A DNA stretch of 64,000 nucleotides from Gammaproteobacteria bacterium (GTDB lineage: Bacteria > Pseudomonadota > Gammaproteobacteria > Eutrophobiales > Eutrophobiaceae): contig CAXMWX010000005.1 in assembly GCA_963422205.2 (NCBI GenBank), forward strand, positions 320,001 through 384,000. The letters run 5' to 3'. This document shows, piece by piece, positions 42,220-52,037 of the stretch. Under the pieces are notes generated by a model. That model had not been told where the DNA came from and did not search any database. It worked only from the letters and a program-made list of their open reading frames with translations. The first letter of the stretch is position 1, and the number at the start of each line of letters is the position of its first letter. The translations under genes and the position numbers were made by a program.

Positions 42220-43575
42220 ATGCAGCAGCTTACGCAGGCGGTGGATGCGATCAACGGGATCATCTGGGGCGATACGCTGGGCCTGCCGCTGCTGATCCCG
42301 CTGCTGGCCGGTGTGGGAATTTTTCTGACGCTACGCCTGCGGTTTCTCTCCATCACCCGGCTGCCCACGGCCTTCATCCTGCTCTGGTCTGGCCGTCGAT
42401 CGTCACACAGCGGCGAGATCTCCCCCTTCCAGGCACTGATGACGGCTTTATCGGCCACCATCGGCACGGGCAACATCGCCGGCGTGGCGACAGCGATCTA
42501 TGCCGGCGGGCCGGGGGCGATCTTCTGGATGTGGATGATCGCCCTGTTCGGCATGGCCACCAAATACGCCGAGGCAGTGCTGGCTGTGAAATACCGCCAG
42601 CGTGATGCCGCCGGCCGCTATGTGGGCGGGCCGATGTACTATATCCGCCATGGCCTGGGGGCGGGCTATGGCTGGTTGGCAACGGCATTCGCCCTGTTCG
42701 GGATGCTGGCCGCCTTTGGCATCGGCAACATGGTACAGGCCAACACCGTGGCGGCGGCGCTGCATGATCGCTTCGATATGCCGCTCTGGTTATCGGGGCT
42801 GATTGCCGCCGTCCTAGTGGCGATGGTCATCATCGGCGGGATCCGGCGCATCGGCGAGGTGGCCGCCCGAATCGTGCCGGTCATGGCAGGTGCATATATA
42901 CTGTGTGCGCTGACTGTCTTGGTGCTGAATTTCGGCCAGGTGCCCGCCGCCTTGCAGTTGATCATCAGCGATGCCTTTACCGGCACCGCCGCTGGCGGCG
43001 GCTTTCTGGGGGCCAGCGTCTGGATGGCGATACGCTTCGGCGTTGCCCGCGGCATCTTCTCCAATGAATCGGGCCTCGGCAGTGCGGCAATCGCCCATGC
43101 CGCCGCGCGCACCAACAGCCCGGTGCAACAGGGGCTGGTGGCGATGCTGGGCACGTTTATCGACACCCTCATCGTCTGCACCATGACCGCCCTGGTGATC
43201 ATCATCTCCGGGGCATGGCAAAGCGGCGAGAACGGTGCGGCCCTGTCGACACTGGCGTTCGCTACCACATTAAGCCAGACGGGCGCATATATCGTTGTCT
43301 TTGGCCTGGTGGTATTTGCCTTTACCACCATGCTGGGCTGGTCGTATTACGGCGAGCGCTGTGCGGCCTACCTGTTCGGCCAGCGAATCATCACGCCGTA
43401 CCGCCTGGCCTGGGTGCTGGCGATCTACATCGGCGCGGTGCAGAAAATCGATCTGGTGTGGAATTTCTCCGATGCCATGAATGGCCTGATGGCCCTGCCC
43501 AACCTGGTTGCGCTGCTATTGCTCAGCCCGGTCATCGTCAGGCTCACGCGGGCGTATTTTCATGAACGCCCCTGA
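42220..43575 (+). CDS. sodium:alanine/glycine symporter (AGCS family)
   Basis: ALSATIGTGNIAGVA, GGPGAIFWMW, RGIFSNESGLGS, FIDTLIVC. Confidence 0.95.
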   Translation: MQQLTQAVDAINGIIWGDTLGLPLLIPLLAGVGIFLTLRLRFLSITRLPTAFILLWSGRRSSHSGEISPFQALMTALSATIGTGNIAGVATAIYAGGPGAIFWMWMIALFGMATKYAEAVLAVKYRQRDAAGRYVGGPMYYIRHGLGAGYGWLATAFALFGMLAAFGIGNMVQANTVAAALHDRFDMPLWLSGLIAAVLVAMVIIGGIRRIGEVAARIVPVMAGAYILCALTVLVLNFGQVPAALQLIISDAFTGTAAGGGFLGASVWMAIRFGVARGIFSNESGLGSAAIAHAAARTNSPVQQGLVAMLGTFIDTLIVCTMTALVIIISGAWQSGENGAALSTLAFATTLSQTGAYIVVFGLVVFAFTTMLGWSYYGERCAAYLFGQRIITPYRLAWVLAIYIGAVQKIDLVWNFSDAMNGLMALPNLVALLLLSPVIVRLTRAYFHERP

Positions 43576-44392
43576 ACTGGTCAGGGATATCCGGGCTGGC
43601 GTCACACAGGCCCTGACCGAGGATGTGGGCGATGGTGACCTGACCGCCGCCCTGGTGCCGGCAGACAGTACCTCAAAAGCCCGGGTAATTTGCCGGGAGG
43701 CGGCCGTGCTGTGTGGCTGCGACTGGCTGACCGAGACCTTTGCACAATTATCTGCCGAGGTCGCCATCAACTGGCAGTATCACGACAGCGAGCAACTGGC
43801 GGCGGGCAGCACCATCTGCACGCTTGGCGGGCCGACGCGCGCATTGCTGACCGGCGAGCGCACCGCTTTGAATTTCCTGCAACTCCTATCCGGCACGGCC
43901 ACCGTGACCCGGCAGACCCTGGAAAAAATGCCTCGCGGCCAGGCCCGCCTGCTGGATACCCGCAAGACCCTGCCCGGGCTGCGCCAAGCACAAAAGTATG
44001 CGGTGCGCTGTGGTGGGGGTGATAATCATCGCCTGGGCCTGTACGATGCCGTGCTGATCAAGGAAAATCACATCAAGGCGGCTGGCTCTGTCAGCGAGAT
44101 AGTCACGCAGGCGAAGCAAACGGCGGCACAGGTGGAGGTGGAGGTCAGGACGCTGGATGAGTTGACCGAGGCGGTGGTGGCAGGCGCCGATATTGTGCTG
44201 CTGGATAATTTTGACCTGGCAGAGATCAAAACCGCCGTGACACAGACCGCAGGACGTGCCTTCCTGGAGGTCTCCGGTAATGCCGATGAGGGGGACCTGG
44301 CCGAGTTGGCCGCCACTGGCATCGATTATATTTCCATCGGCGCACTGACCAAGCATGTGCGCGCCATCGATTTTTCCCTGTTGTTTGAATGA
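43562..44392 (+). CDS. nadC: nicotinate-nucleotide diphosphorylase
   Basis: EDVGDGDLT, ERTALNFLQ, LDTRKTLPG, IKENH, LLDNF, ISIGALTK. Confidence 0.97.
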   Translation: MNAPELVRDIRAGVTQALTEDVGDGDLTAALVPADSTSKARVICREAAVLCGCDWLTETFAQLSAEVAINWQYHDSEQLAAGSTICTLGGPTRALLTGERTALNFLQLLSGTATVTRQTLEKMPRGQARLLDTRKTLPGLRQAQKYAVRCGGGDNHRLGLYDAVLIKENHIKAAGSVSEIVTQAKQTAAQVEVEVRTLDELTEAVVAGADIVLLDNFDLAEIKTAVTQTAGRAFLEVSGNADEGDLAELAATGIDYISIGALTKHVRAIDFSLLFE

Positions 44393-44410
44393 AGGTGCTG
44401 GCAGCCCTGG

Positions 44411-44448
44411 ATCATGACCCTGCATCATGACCCTGCATCATGACCCTG
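44411..44448. repeat. 13-bp tandem repeat ATCATGACCCTGC x3
   Basis: read directly; lies between convergent nadC and fch. Confidence 0.9.
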
Positions 44449-44463
44449 AATTATCGTGCTGAA

Positions 44464-45087
44464 TCACAGCCGGCCCATCACCAGCGCATAGACGGCCTCT
44501 GTGTCCTCATCACTGCCCGCCAGAATGCCCTCTAGCTGGCGGCGTTTGTCGGCAACGAATGCCTCATCCCGAATACCGCCTATATTGATGTACACATTCA
44601 AGGCCGCACTCCTCAGAGCCGCATGGGCCGCCAGCACCGCCACGCCAGCATCACTGATGACATGGGTGTTGCCTTTCTCAGCCAGTGGTTTGCACAGGGC
44701 GATCACCTCAGCACACAGCCTGGCACAGTCCAGCGGTACCGCTGTGGCGTGTTTTAATGCCGTCTGAATGGCCTGTGAGCGGGTCTCTTTTTCCGCCGCC
44801 GTGGCCCTGGGCAGGCCATAGGCCGCCATGACCTCATCAAACACCGCCACATCGGCCTGGATCGTGTCGGCGAGTTGCGTGCGTAGCTGCTCTGCCTGCT
44901 GCAGGTGCTGCTGCATATCGGCCTCTACTGCGGCATATTTTTCCTTGCCAATCGTCAGATTAGCCACCATGCTGACCAGCGCAGCACCCATGGCGCCCAT
45001 GATGGCCGCTGCACTGCCGCCGCCCGGGGTTGAGGCGCTGCTGGCAAGCTCGGCAAGAAACAATTGTATGGATTTTTCTTTTATCAT
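44464..45087 (-). CDS. fchA: methenyltetrahydrofolate cyclohydrolase (FTCD_C family)
   Basis: LASSASTPGGGSAAA, LVSMVANLT, GNTHVISDAGV, ALNVYIN; divergent from mtdA. Confidence 0.88.
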   Translation of the reverse strand: MIKEKSIQLFLAELASSASTPGGGSAAAIMGAMGAALVSMVANLTIGKEKYAAVEADMQQHLQQAEQLRTQLADTIQADVAVFDEVMAAYGLPRATAAEKETRSQAIQTALKHATAVPLDCARLCAEVIALCKPLAEKGNTHVISDAGVAVLAAHAALRSAALNVYINIGGIRDEAFVADKRRQLEGILAGSDEDTEAVYALVMGRL

Positions 45088-45380
45088 GATCTGATCTCTT
45101 TAGGTTATTGTTATGGGGTTATGGTTAGGGGATTATGGTGACGAGGTTACCGGGATGGTTTGTCGGCCGATTAATACGCGACGCATCAGCCCGAGACTCG
45201 CCTCTTCAGCGCAGGCCCCGGATAATACATGCAGTTCGTAGCACTGCCCAGAAATTTACCCGAAAATTTACCGGGAAATTTTCGGGGGGAGGTGCGAAAA
45301 CCAGGCCACTGTTGCTGACAGCGCCGATGATGATATGGGTCAGTACAACGCCACCACAACATAATTTTAAGGTAAGCACA

Positions 45381-46238
45381 ATGAAAAAACTGTTATTCCA
45401 ATTAGATACGGACCCCCAGCCTTCGGCGTTTGATACGGTTGTTGCCTACGATGGCGGCGCCGATCATGTCATCGGTCATGCCAATGTCACCGCAGAAAAC
45501 ATCAAGCCGCTGGTTGAAGGCGCCATCTTCACCCGAAGCCCCAGGGAAAAACACCACACCGCCCTGTTTATTGGCGGCAGTCAGATGCAGGCAGGGGAGG
45601 CCTTGCTCGCTGCCGCCCGGCAGCAGTTCTTTGGCGATTTTCGTGTCTCGGTCATGCTGGACAGCAACGGCAGCAATACCACGGCGGCGGCGGCGGTGGC
45701 CAAATTACGCACCAGCGGGCCGCTTTGTGGCAAAAAAGCCGTTATACTGGGCGGCACCGGCCCGGTGGGTTTGCGGGCGGCGGTGATGCTGCAAGCCGAG
45801 GGTGCCAAGGCATACTTGGTCTCACGTGATGCCGGACGGGCACAACAGGCGTGCGATGCGATCAATGCACGCTTTCAGGTCGACATCACCGGTCTGGGTG
45901 CCACCACGGACGATGAACGTGCTGCCTGTATCGCCGATGCCCAGGTGATTCTGGCCACCGGGGCGGCCGGGGTGCAGTTGCTGGCTGAGCATCATTGGCA
46001 AGATAACCCAAATATTGAGATGATCGCCGATGCCAACGCCACGCCCCCGCTGGGGATAGCGGGCGTGGACATGATGGATAAGGGGACAAGGCGGCATGGC
46101 AAGATATGCTGGGGGGCGATTGGCTTTGGCACGCTCAAGCTGGCGCTGCACCGGGCCTGTATCGCCAGGCTGTTTACAACTCAAGACCAGATACTGGATG
46201 CTGAAGAGATATTTGCCCTGGCGAAGTCAATGGCATAA
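45381..46238 (+). CDS. mtdA: NADP-dependent methylene-H4MPT/H4F dehydrogenase
   Basis: MKKLLFQLDTD, FDTVVAYDGGAD, GAIFTR, MLDSNGSNTTAAA, GGTGPVG, LKLALH. Confidence 0.92.
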   Translation: MKKLLFQLDTDPQPSAFDTVVAYDGGADHVIGHANVTAENIKPLVEGAIFTRSPREKHHTALFIGGSQMQAGEALLAAARQQFFGDFRVSVMLDSNGSNTTAAAAVAKLRTSGPLCGKKAVILGGTGPVGLRAAVMLQAEGAKAYLVSRDAGRAQQACDAINARFQVDITGLGATTDDERAACIADAQVILATGAAGVQLLAEHHWQDNPNIEMIADANATPPLGIAGVDMMDKGTRRHGKICWGAIGFGTLKLALHRACIARLFTTQDQILDAEEIFALAKSMA

Positions 46239-46284
46239 GCGCATTGGCTATCGACCAGAGGCAGGCGATGGGATGAGGTGAACT

Positions 46285-47685
46285 ATGCTAGAAAATGCGC
46301 TACGACTGATCACACTGCTGCTGCTCCCGATGCTGCTGGCAACGGGCGATGGCCTGGCCGATGAGGCCGACACAGCGGCCGATACCCAGAGGGCCGATAT
46401 AGCGACCGATGCCTATAGGGCGGGGCTCGATGCCTATATGAATGGCGATTACAAGCAGGCATTGAAAATCCTCACCCCGCTGGCCGAGGACGGCAATTCT
46501 GAAGCCCAGAAGATGCTGGGCATTATCTACGACTACGGCCACGGCGTGCGTGCCAACAAGGACAAGGCGATGCAGTGGTATCTGCGCGCCGCCAATCAAG
46601 GCCATCCTGTGGTGCAATACCAGGTGGGGGCCAAGTATTATCGCGGGGATGGCGTTGAGCAGGATATTGGCGAGGCGGCCAGTTGGTGGGAGTTGGCCGC
46701 CAATGGCGGGGATGCTGAGGCGCAGTTTAACTTGGGGCTGCTGTATTTTCGTGGCCTGGATGTCGAGCAGAACGATGCCCGGGCGGCGGATTTTTTTCGC
46801 AAAGCCGCTGAGCAGGGCCACAGCTATGCACAATACAGCCTGGCGGTGGTGTATGCCCTTGGCCGGGGGGTGGAACAGGACTACGCCAGGGCGCTGGGCT
46901 GGTTCGAAAAATCGGCTGATCAGGGGATTGCCCAGGCGCAGTTTAATCTGGGGGTGTTCTACGAAAACGGGTATGCGGTCGAGGCGGACCCGGCGCTGGC
47001 CCGGCAATGGTATCAGCGTGCCGCCGAGCAGGATGTCTCCGAAGCGATAGCCAAGCTGGCCGAACTCGGCATCACCACCGACCCGGCGCCAGCCCAGCCA
47101 GCGTCCAAGCCAGGGCAAAATCAGGAGGCTATCGTCCACCCCGATGATGTGCAGGCAGAGAGACTCGTCAGCACGGCGACAGCGGTCGAATCGACCGAGG
47201 TGTATAACCCGGCGACGACACAGCCCGGCCCGATCTACGAGCAGCCGCTTGCAGCACCAACGACAACCCCGGCGGCAACCGACAGCGCGGCTGAACAAAC
47301 GCTGGCGGCGGCCAGGCCAGCCAGTACGCAGGCCAGGGTCGACAGCAGGCAATCAGCAGCAGGCGAAGAGGCCGCGATGGCACTCAGATCAGCACTGGAG
47401 AACGCTGCCTGGGTAAGGGGGCGGGCGGCGGATCATTACACCGTGCAGTTGGGCAGCGTGTCACAGGAAAAAAATATTATCCGGCTGATAAACGAAAATA
47501 ACATCAGCGCACAGGCCACCTATGTCAAGGTCAATATCAACGGCGAGATGCGCTATAACGCGTTGTATGGTGTCTATCCGAGTCAGGATGAGGCCAGGCA
47601 GGCAATTAAAACCCTGCCGGAGAATCTGCAACGCAACACCTGGGTGCGTAATTTTGGCCTGTTGCAGAAATTGCTGGCTGAATAG
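46285..47685 (+). CDS. secreted Sel1-repeat protein with C-terminal SPOR domain
   Basis: signal peptide, about 5 AQFNLG..Y..G.GV repeats, Ala/Pro/Thr linker, YTVQLGS...YGVYPSQDEA...WVRNF. Confidence 0.88.
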   Translation: MLENALRLITLLLLPMLLATGDGLADEADTAADTQRADIATDAYRAGLDAYMNGDYKQALKILTPLAEDGNSEAQKMLGIIYDYGHGVRANKDKAMQWYLRAANQGHPVVQYQVGAKYYRGDGVEQDIGEAASWWELAANGGDAEAQFNLGLLYFRGLDVEQNDARAADFFRKAAEQGHSYAQYSLAVVYALGRGVEQDYARALGWFEKSADQGIAQAQFNLGVFYENGYAVEADPALARQWYQRAAEQDVSEAIAKLAELGITTDPAPAQPASKPGQNQEAIVHPDDVQAERLVSTATAVESTEVYNPATTQPGPIYEQPLAAPTTTPAATDSAAEQTLAAARPASTQARVDSRQSAAGEEAAMALRSALENAAWVRGRAADHYTVQLGSVSQEKNIIRLINENNISAQATYVKVNINGEMRYNALYGVYPSQDEARQAIKTLPENLQRNTWVRNFGLLQKLLAE

Positions 47686-47698
47686 GTTATGATTCCTC

Positions 47699-48412
47699 AT
47701 GTCTGACTTCAATACCCTGTTGACAGCCAACGAAGAGCAGTTGCTACAGCGATTTTACAAATGCAAGGAGGCCGACAAGCTGCCCGCCGTGGCACAAGCC
47801 CTCAAACTGCGCCCTGAACAACTGGTGTGTGCCGTGGGCTTTAACTGCCATGCCAGCCGCTTAACTGAGTTGTTACCGCTGCTGGGCTATGCCAGCTTTG
47901 CGGCATTATCCGAACAGCGAAATGCCATTTTTACGGCGGATATCTATAAACATCTCAGCCTGGATAATGTGCTGATGATCTACAGTGCGGTGAAAGATAA
48001 CGAGCACATGCTAGGGCAGGTGCAGTCTTTGCTGAAACACCGCCTGGAACACATTGAAAACCGCATTGAGGAGACGATCAATTCTCATCTGATAGACAAA
48101 TACAAGGCCGAGATACGGGCGATCTACCATGACAGAATCGTCAGCATTGATTTTGTTGAGGCGCGGCTGAACCGTCCCGATGATGGTTTTCGGGCGCTGC
48201 TAAATGAAGTCAGCATCATTATTGACAGCAAGATCATCCCGGCGGGCGATATTTTCTTTCGCAACAGCATACTGCCGCAGGAAAAACGCAGGATTCTCAG
48301 CATGGGTGTGATTCCAGATGAGCTGGTAGAGACTCGGCTGGAAGATGCCAGCATACCCGTGACGGAGAAACAGGTGCTGGATGAGTACCTGAAGCTCAAA
48401 CGCACCTCATAA
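47699..48412 (+). CDS. hypothetical protein, paralog A
   Basis: 237 aa; aligns end to end with the next ORF. Confidence 0.85.
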   Translation: MSDFNTLLTANEEQLLQRFYKCKEADKLPAVAQALKLRPEQLVCAVGFNCHASRLTELLPLLGYASFAALSEQRNAIFTADIYKHLSLDNVLMIYSAVKDNEHMLGQVQSLLKHRLEHIENRIEETINSHLIDKYKAEIRAIYHDRIVSIDFVEARLNRPDDGFRALLNEVSIIIDSKIIPAGDIFFRNSILPQEKRRILSMGVIPDELVETRLEDASIPVTEKQVLDEYLKLKRTS

Positions 48413-48424
48413 GGACATCCCATC

Positions 48425-49138
48425 ATGCCCACGTTTACTGAACTTCTGACCGCCTCTGATGCCGAGTTGGTGAAGGTTTTCTACAGGGTAAAATCCAACC
48501 CGGATGAGGACTTCATCGTCCGCATCAACAAAATTGCTGCCCAGCTGGAGTTAAATCATTCACAACTCGTCTGCGCCCTGGGGTTTAACCGCCACATTCG
48601 CGACCTGGAAGATATCTACTCCACCCTGGGCTTTCGCAATTACAAGCTGCTGTCTTATCGCTGCAATGAGTTATACAGCACAGACACCTATAACCAGCTA
48701 CCCATAGACAACATCCTCGATATCTATTCTGAACGCCTGGAAGATCAGCAGATACTGGATTCGCTCAGAGACATGCTGGGGCCGCGCCTTGAACATGTCG
48801 AGACCGAAATCGGCAAGCATGACGACCCGGCACATATCATCAGCTACCGCATGGAAGTGCATTCCATCTACAAATCCGGCCTGGTCGGTGAGGACTTCGC
48901 CAATATGCGGCTGGCACTGGACAACGGCCAATACCGCCTGATGTCTGATGAGGTGATTGTGATGGTTGATGCCGGCCTCTATCCGGCCAGCAATTTGTTT
49001 TTCAAAGACATGCTGTCCGTTGATGAGAAACGCTGCCTGATCGAGAACAAGTACATTGATGATAACATGGTAAAAAACCGCATCCAGAACACCGCTATCT
49101 CCGCAGAAGAACGGGACATGCTGGAGGATTTTATCTAA
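48425..49138 (+). CDS. hypothetical protein, paralog B
   Basis: 237 aa; shares F..LLTA, QLVCA(V/L)GFN, DN(V/I)L.IYS, RLEH(I/V)E, FF...L...EKR. Confidence 0.85.
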   Translation: MPTFTELLTASDAELVKVFYRVKSNPDEDFIVRINKIAAQLELNHSQLVCALGFNRHIRDLEDIYSTLGFRNYKLLSYRCNELYSTDTYNQLPIDNILDIYSERLEDQQILDSLRDMLGPRLEHVETEIGKHDDPAHIISYRMEVHSIYKSGLVGEDFANMRLALDNGQYRLMSDEVIVMVDAGLYPASNLFFKDMLSVDEKRCLIENKYIDDNMVKNRIQNTAISAEERDMLEDFI

Positions 49139-49340
49139 GCCCGCCTCCCCCTCTGTCCGTCTTTCACGGCGGCCAGTAACGCCTTGCTGGCAACGATGCA
49201 AAAATGCCACGCTCGATAGCCGTCTGTTGTTTTTAGGAAAATTTCCTATTCTCAATTTCTCGCCTGCCTGCATAATCAAGCCTCTTGTTATGCCATGTTG
49301 ACAGGACATATTTTGGAAAAATAACGTAAGGCAAATCACA

Positions 49341-51875
49341 ATGACTACCCCTTCGATCTGCAAAAAAACCATCACCTGCTTTTGCCTGCTGGGGCTGCTG
49401 TCGGGCGCCGCATCCGGTCAGTCCAGCGAGACGGCACCTAAAGAGGAGATCATCGTCATCGGCGTCACGCCCAATGATGGCCTGGGGCTGCCGGAAGGCA
49501 AGCTGCCGTACCGGGTGCAATCGGCCTCAGCAGAGCAGCTGGAGCGCGCACAAAGCCTTGATCTCAGCGATTACCTGCGTAACAACGCCAGCAGCATCAC
49601 CATCAATGATGCCGCCAATAACCCGCTGCAACCTGATGTGCAGTTTCGCGGCTACAGCGCCTCTCCCCTGCTCGGCCTCGCCCAGGGCATCGCCGTCTAT
49701 CAAAACGGGGTACGCATCAATGAGCCGCTGGGCGATACGGTCAACTGGGATCTGCTGCCGGAATCCGCCATCCGCCGCATCAACCTCATCAGCGGCGCCA
49801 ATCCCCTGTTTGGATTGAACACCCTGGGCGGTGCGCTGGCAGTGACCATGAAAAACGGCTTCAACAGCGAGGGGCATCACGTTGAAGTGGTCGGCGGCTC
49901 GTTTGATCGCATCGTCACCTCGGCCGAGAGCAGCGCCAACAACGGCACCTGGGGCTATTATGCCAACCTCAGTTATTTTGATGAGGATGGCTGGCGTGAT
50001 GAATCAGCCTCAGATGCCCTCAACTTCTATGGCAGCCTGGGCTGGCGCGGCGCCCTGTCCGAGTTGAACCTGAATGTGCAGCATGGCGATACGGAATTGC
50101 TGGGTAACGGTGCTATCCCGGTGGAGTTGGCGGCGCTTGATCGCGATGCCATTTTTACCGCGCCGGATCGCACGTCCAATGATCTGCTCATGATCAGCAT
50201 GGACGGCAACCATAATGTCACCGACAACATCAAACTCAGCGGCACCGCTTTTTACCGGGAAAATAAAACCAGCTCCTTTAACGGCGATGGCAGCGAGTAT
50301 GCCGTCTGCGAATTTCGTGGTGGCGATGCGTTGCTGGAAGGGCTGGAAGAGGACGATTTGGAAGAAATTGAAGAAGCACTGGAGGGGATGGGCGTGGATG
50401 TCAGCCTGGATGATGATGATCTGTGCGAAGGTCAGTTCGCCGATGCCGATGCGCTGGAGGATTTTCTGAACAGGCAGGCACTGGCGGCCGGTGAAGATGA
50501 AGAATTTGACCTTGAGAATGTGGATATCTCCGGCACGGGCGAGTTGGCAGATGAGGCGATCAACAATATCAGCCGCCGCAAACAGGAAAGCTACGGTGCC
50601 GATATGCAGCTATCATGGCTGCACGATCTCATGGGCAATGAGAATACGATGATCTTTGGCCTGTCCTATTTTAACGGCCAGTCCGAATTTCAGTCTGTCA
50701 CCGAGCTCTCCGGGCTGGATGAGAACACCCGCAGCACGGTGGGGCTGGGCAGCGGTACGTTCGTGGATGAGGCGGCAACCAACATTGACACGGAAACCGA
50801 AACCTTCAGCGTGTATTTCATGAACAGCATGGACGTGACCGATGCCTTGACGCTCACTCTCTCTGTACGTATGAACAACACCCTGATCACACTGACAGAT
50901 AACTCCGGCGAGCGACCGGAGTTAAACGGTGAGCATGATTATTTTCGTATCAATCCGGCGGTGGGCCTGACCTGGCAGGTCAATGAGGCGATGAATGTCT
51001 ACGGCAACTACAGTGAATCCAATCGTGCGCCCACGCCGATTGAGCTGGCGTGCAACGACAGTGTCTTTACCCGCGCCCAGGCGGCGGCTGTGGCAGCGGG
51101 CGAGGATGCGGACGATGTAGAATTTGAATGCCGTCTGCCGAATGCCTTCCTGGCTGACCCGCCGCTAGAAGACGTGGTCACCCGCAGTTTTGAGGCCGGT
51201 ATGCGTGGCAATGTCGGGCTGGCGAACTACCACCTGGGGTTTTTCCATTCCACCAATAACAATGACATTATTTTCCAGTCCACCGGCCGGGCCACCGGCC
51301 TGTTTGGGAACGTGGACAAGACCCGGCGCCTTGGCCTTGAGGGCATCCTGCACGGCGGCACGGACCGGATGAACTGGTTTATCGCCTACACCTACCTGAA
51401 AGCCACGTTTGAAAACGACTTTGAGGCCATTACCTCAGAGGGACACCCGAATGGCGAAGAGATCGAGGGTGGTGAAGGGGCGACAATTGATGTCAGTTCT
51501 GGCGATGACATTCCCGGCCTGCCCGATCATTCCCTGAAGCTGGGCGCCGATTATCTGCTGTTCGATAATCTCAGTCTCGGCTTTGATGTCATCTACAACG
51601 CCAGCCAGGTATTGCGTGGCGATGAGTCCAACCAGCTTGATACCCTGGATGGCTATGCCGTGGTAAACCTGCGCGGGCGCTACCGTTTCAATGATCATCT
51701 TGAGCTATTTGCCCGCATCACCAATCTGTTTGACAAGGACTATGAATCCTTCGGCTTGCTGGGCGAGGAGCCGGGGGAAGTCGAGGTGCCGCTGTTTGAG
51801 GATTTTGAGAATCCGAGGTTTGTCGGGCCCGGTGCCCCCAGAGCGGGCTTTGTCGGGATCAAACTCAGCTTATAG
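49341..51875 (+). CDS. TonB-dependent receptor, LutH/LanA-like (candidate lanthanide uptake)
   Basis: NPLQPDVQFRG.SASPLLG, NEPLGDTVNWDL, GLNTLGGA, RAPTPIELAC...CRLPNAFLADPPL; next to a PepSY gene and C1 genes. Confidence 0.8.
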   Translation: MTTPSICKKTITCFCLLGLLSGAASGQSSETAPKEEIIVIGVTPNDGLGLPEGKLPYRVQSASAEQLERAQSLDLSDYLRNNASSITINDAANNPLQPDVQFRGYSASPLLGLAQGIAVYQNGVRINEPLGDTVNWDLLPESAIRRINLISGANPLFGLNTLGGALAVTMKNGFNSEGHHVEVVGGSFDRIVTSAESSANNGTWGYYANLSYFDEDGWRDESASDALNFYGSLGWRGALSELNLNVQHGDTELLGNGAIPVELAALDRDAIFTAPDRTSNDLLMISMDGNHNVTDNIKLSGTAFYRENKTSSFNGDGSEYAVCEFRGGDALLEGLEEDDLEEIEEALEGMGVDVSLDDDDLCEGQFADADALEDFLNRQALAAGEDEEFDLENVDISGTGELADEAINNISRRKQESYGADMQLSWLHDLMGNENTMIFGLSYFNGQSEFQSVTELSGLDENTRSTVGLGSGTFVDEAATNIDTETETFSVYFMNSMDVTDALTLTLSVRMNNTLITLTDNSGERPELNGEHDYFRINPAVGLTWQVNEAMNVYGNYSESNRAPTPIELACNDSVFTRAQAAAVAAGEDADDVEFECRLPNAFLADPPLEDVVTRSFEAGMRGNVGLANYHLGFFHSTNNNDIIFQSTGRATGLFGNVDKTRRLGLEGILHGGTDRMNWFIAYTYLKATFENDFEAITSEGHPNGEEIEGGEGATIDVSSGDDIPGLPDHSLKLGADYLLFDNLSLGFDVIYNASQVLRGDESNQLDTLDGYAVVNLRGRYRFNDHLELFARITNLFDKDYESFGLLGEEPGEVEVPLFEDFENPRFVGPGAPRAGFVGIKLSL

Positions 51876-52037
51876 TCGCCTTTGACCAGGGGCGGCAGCA
51901 CGAAATAGGAAAAGCAACATGCGGGCGTGAGCGCTTTTTGCCCTGCCCCGTTACGTGTTACTATTCGTGATTTAAGAGGTGCTGCCGGGACTGGCCCGTA
52001 CACCTGCTTACAACAAACGACACCGGGAGATGAGACT

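Noticed and set aside
44411-44448. Functional role for the 13-bp triple repeat
   Set aside because: Sits between convergent gene ends; a simple VNTR explains it
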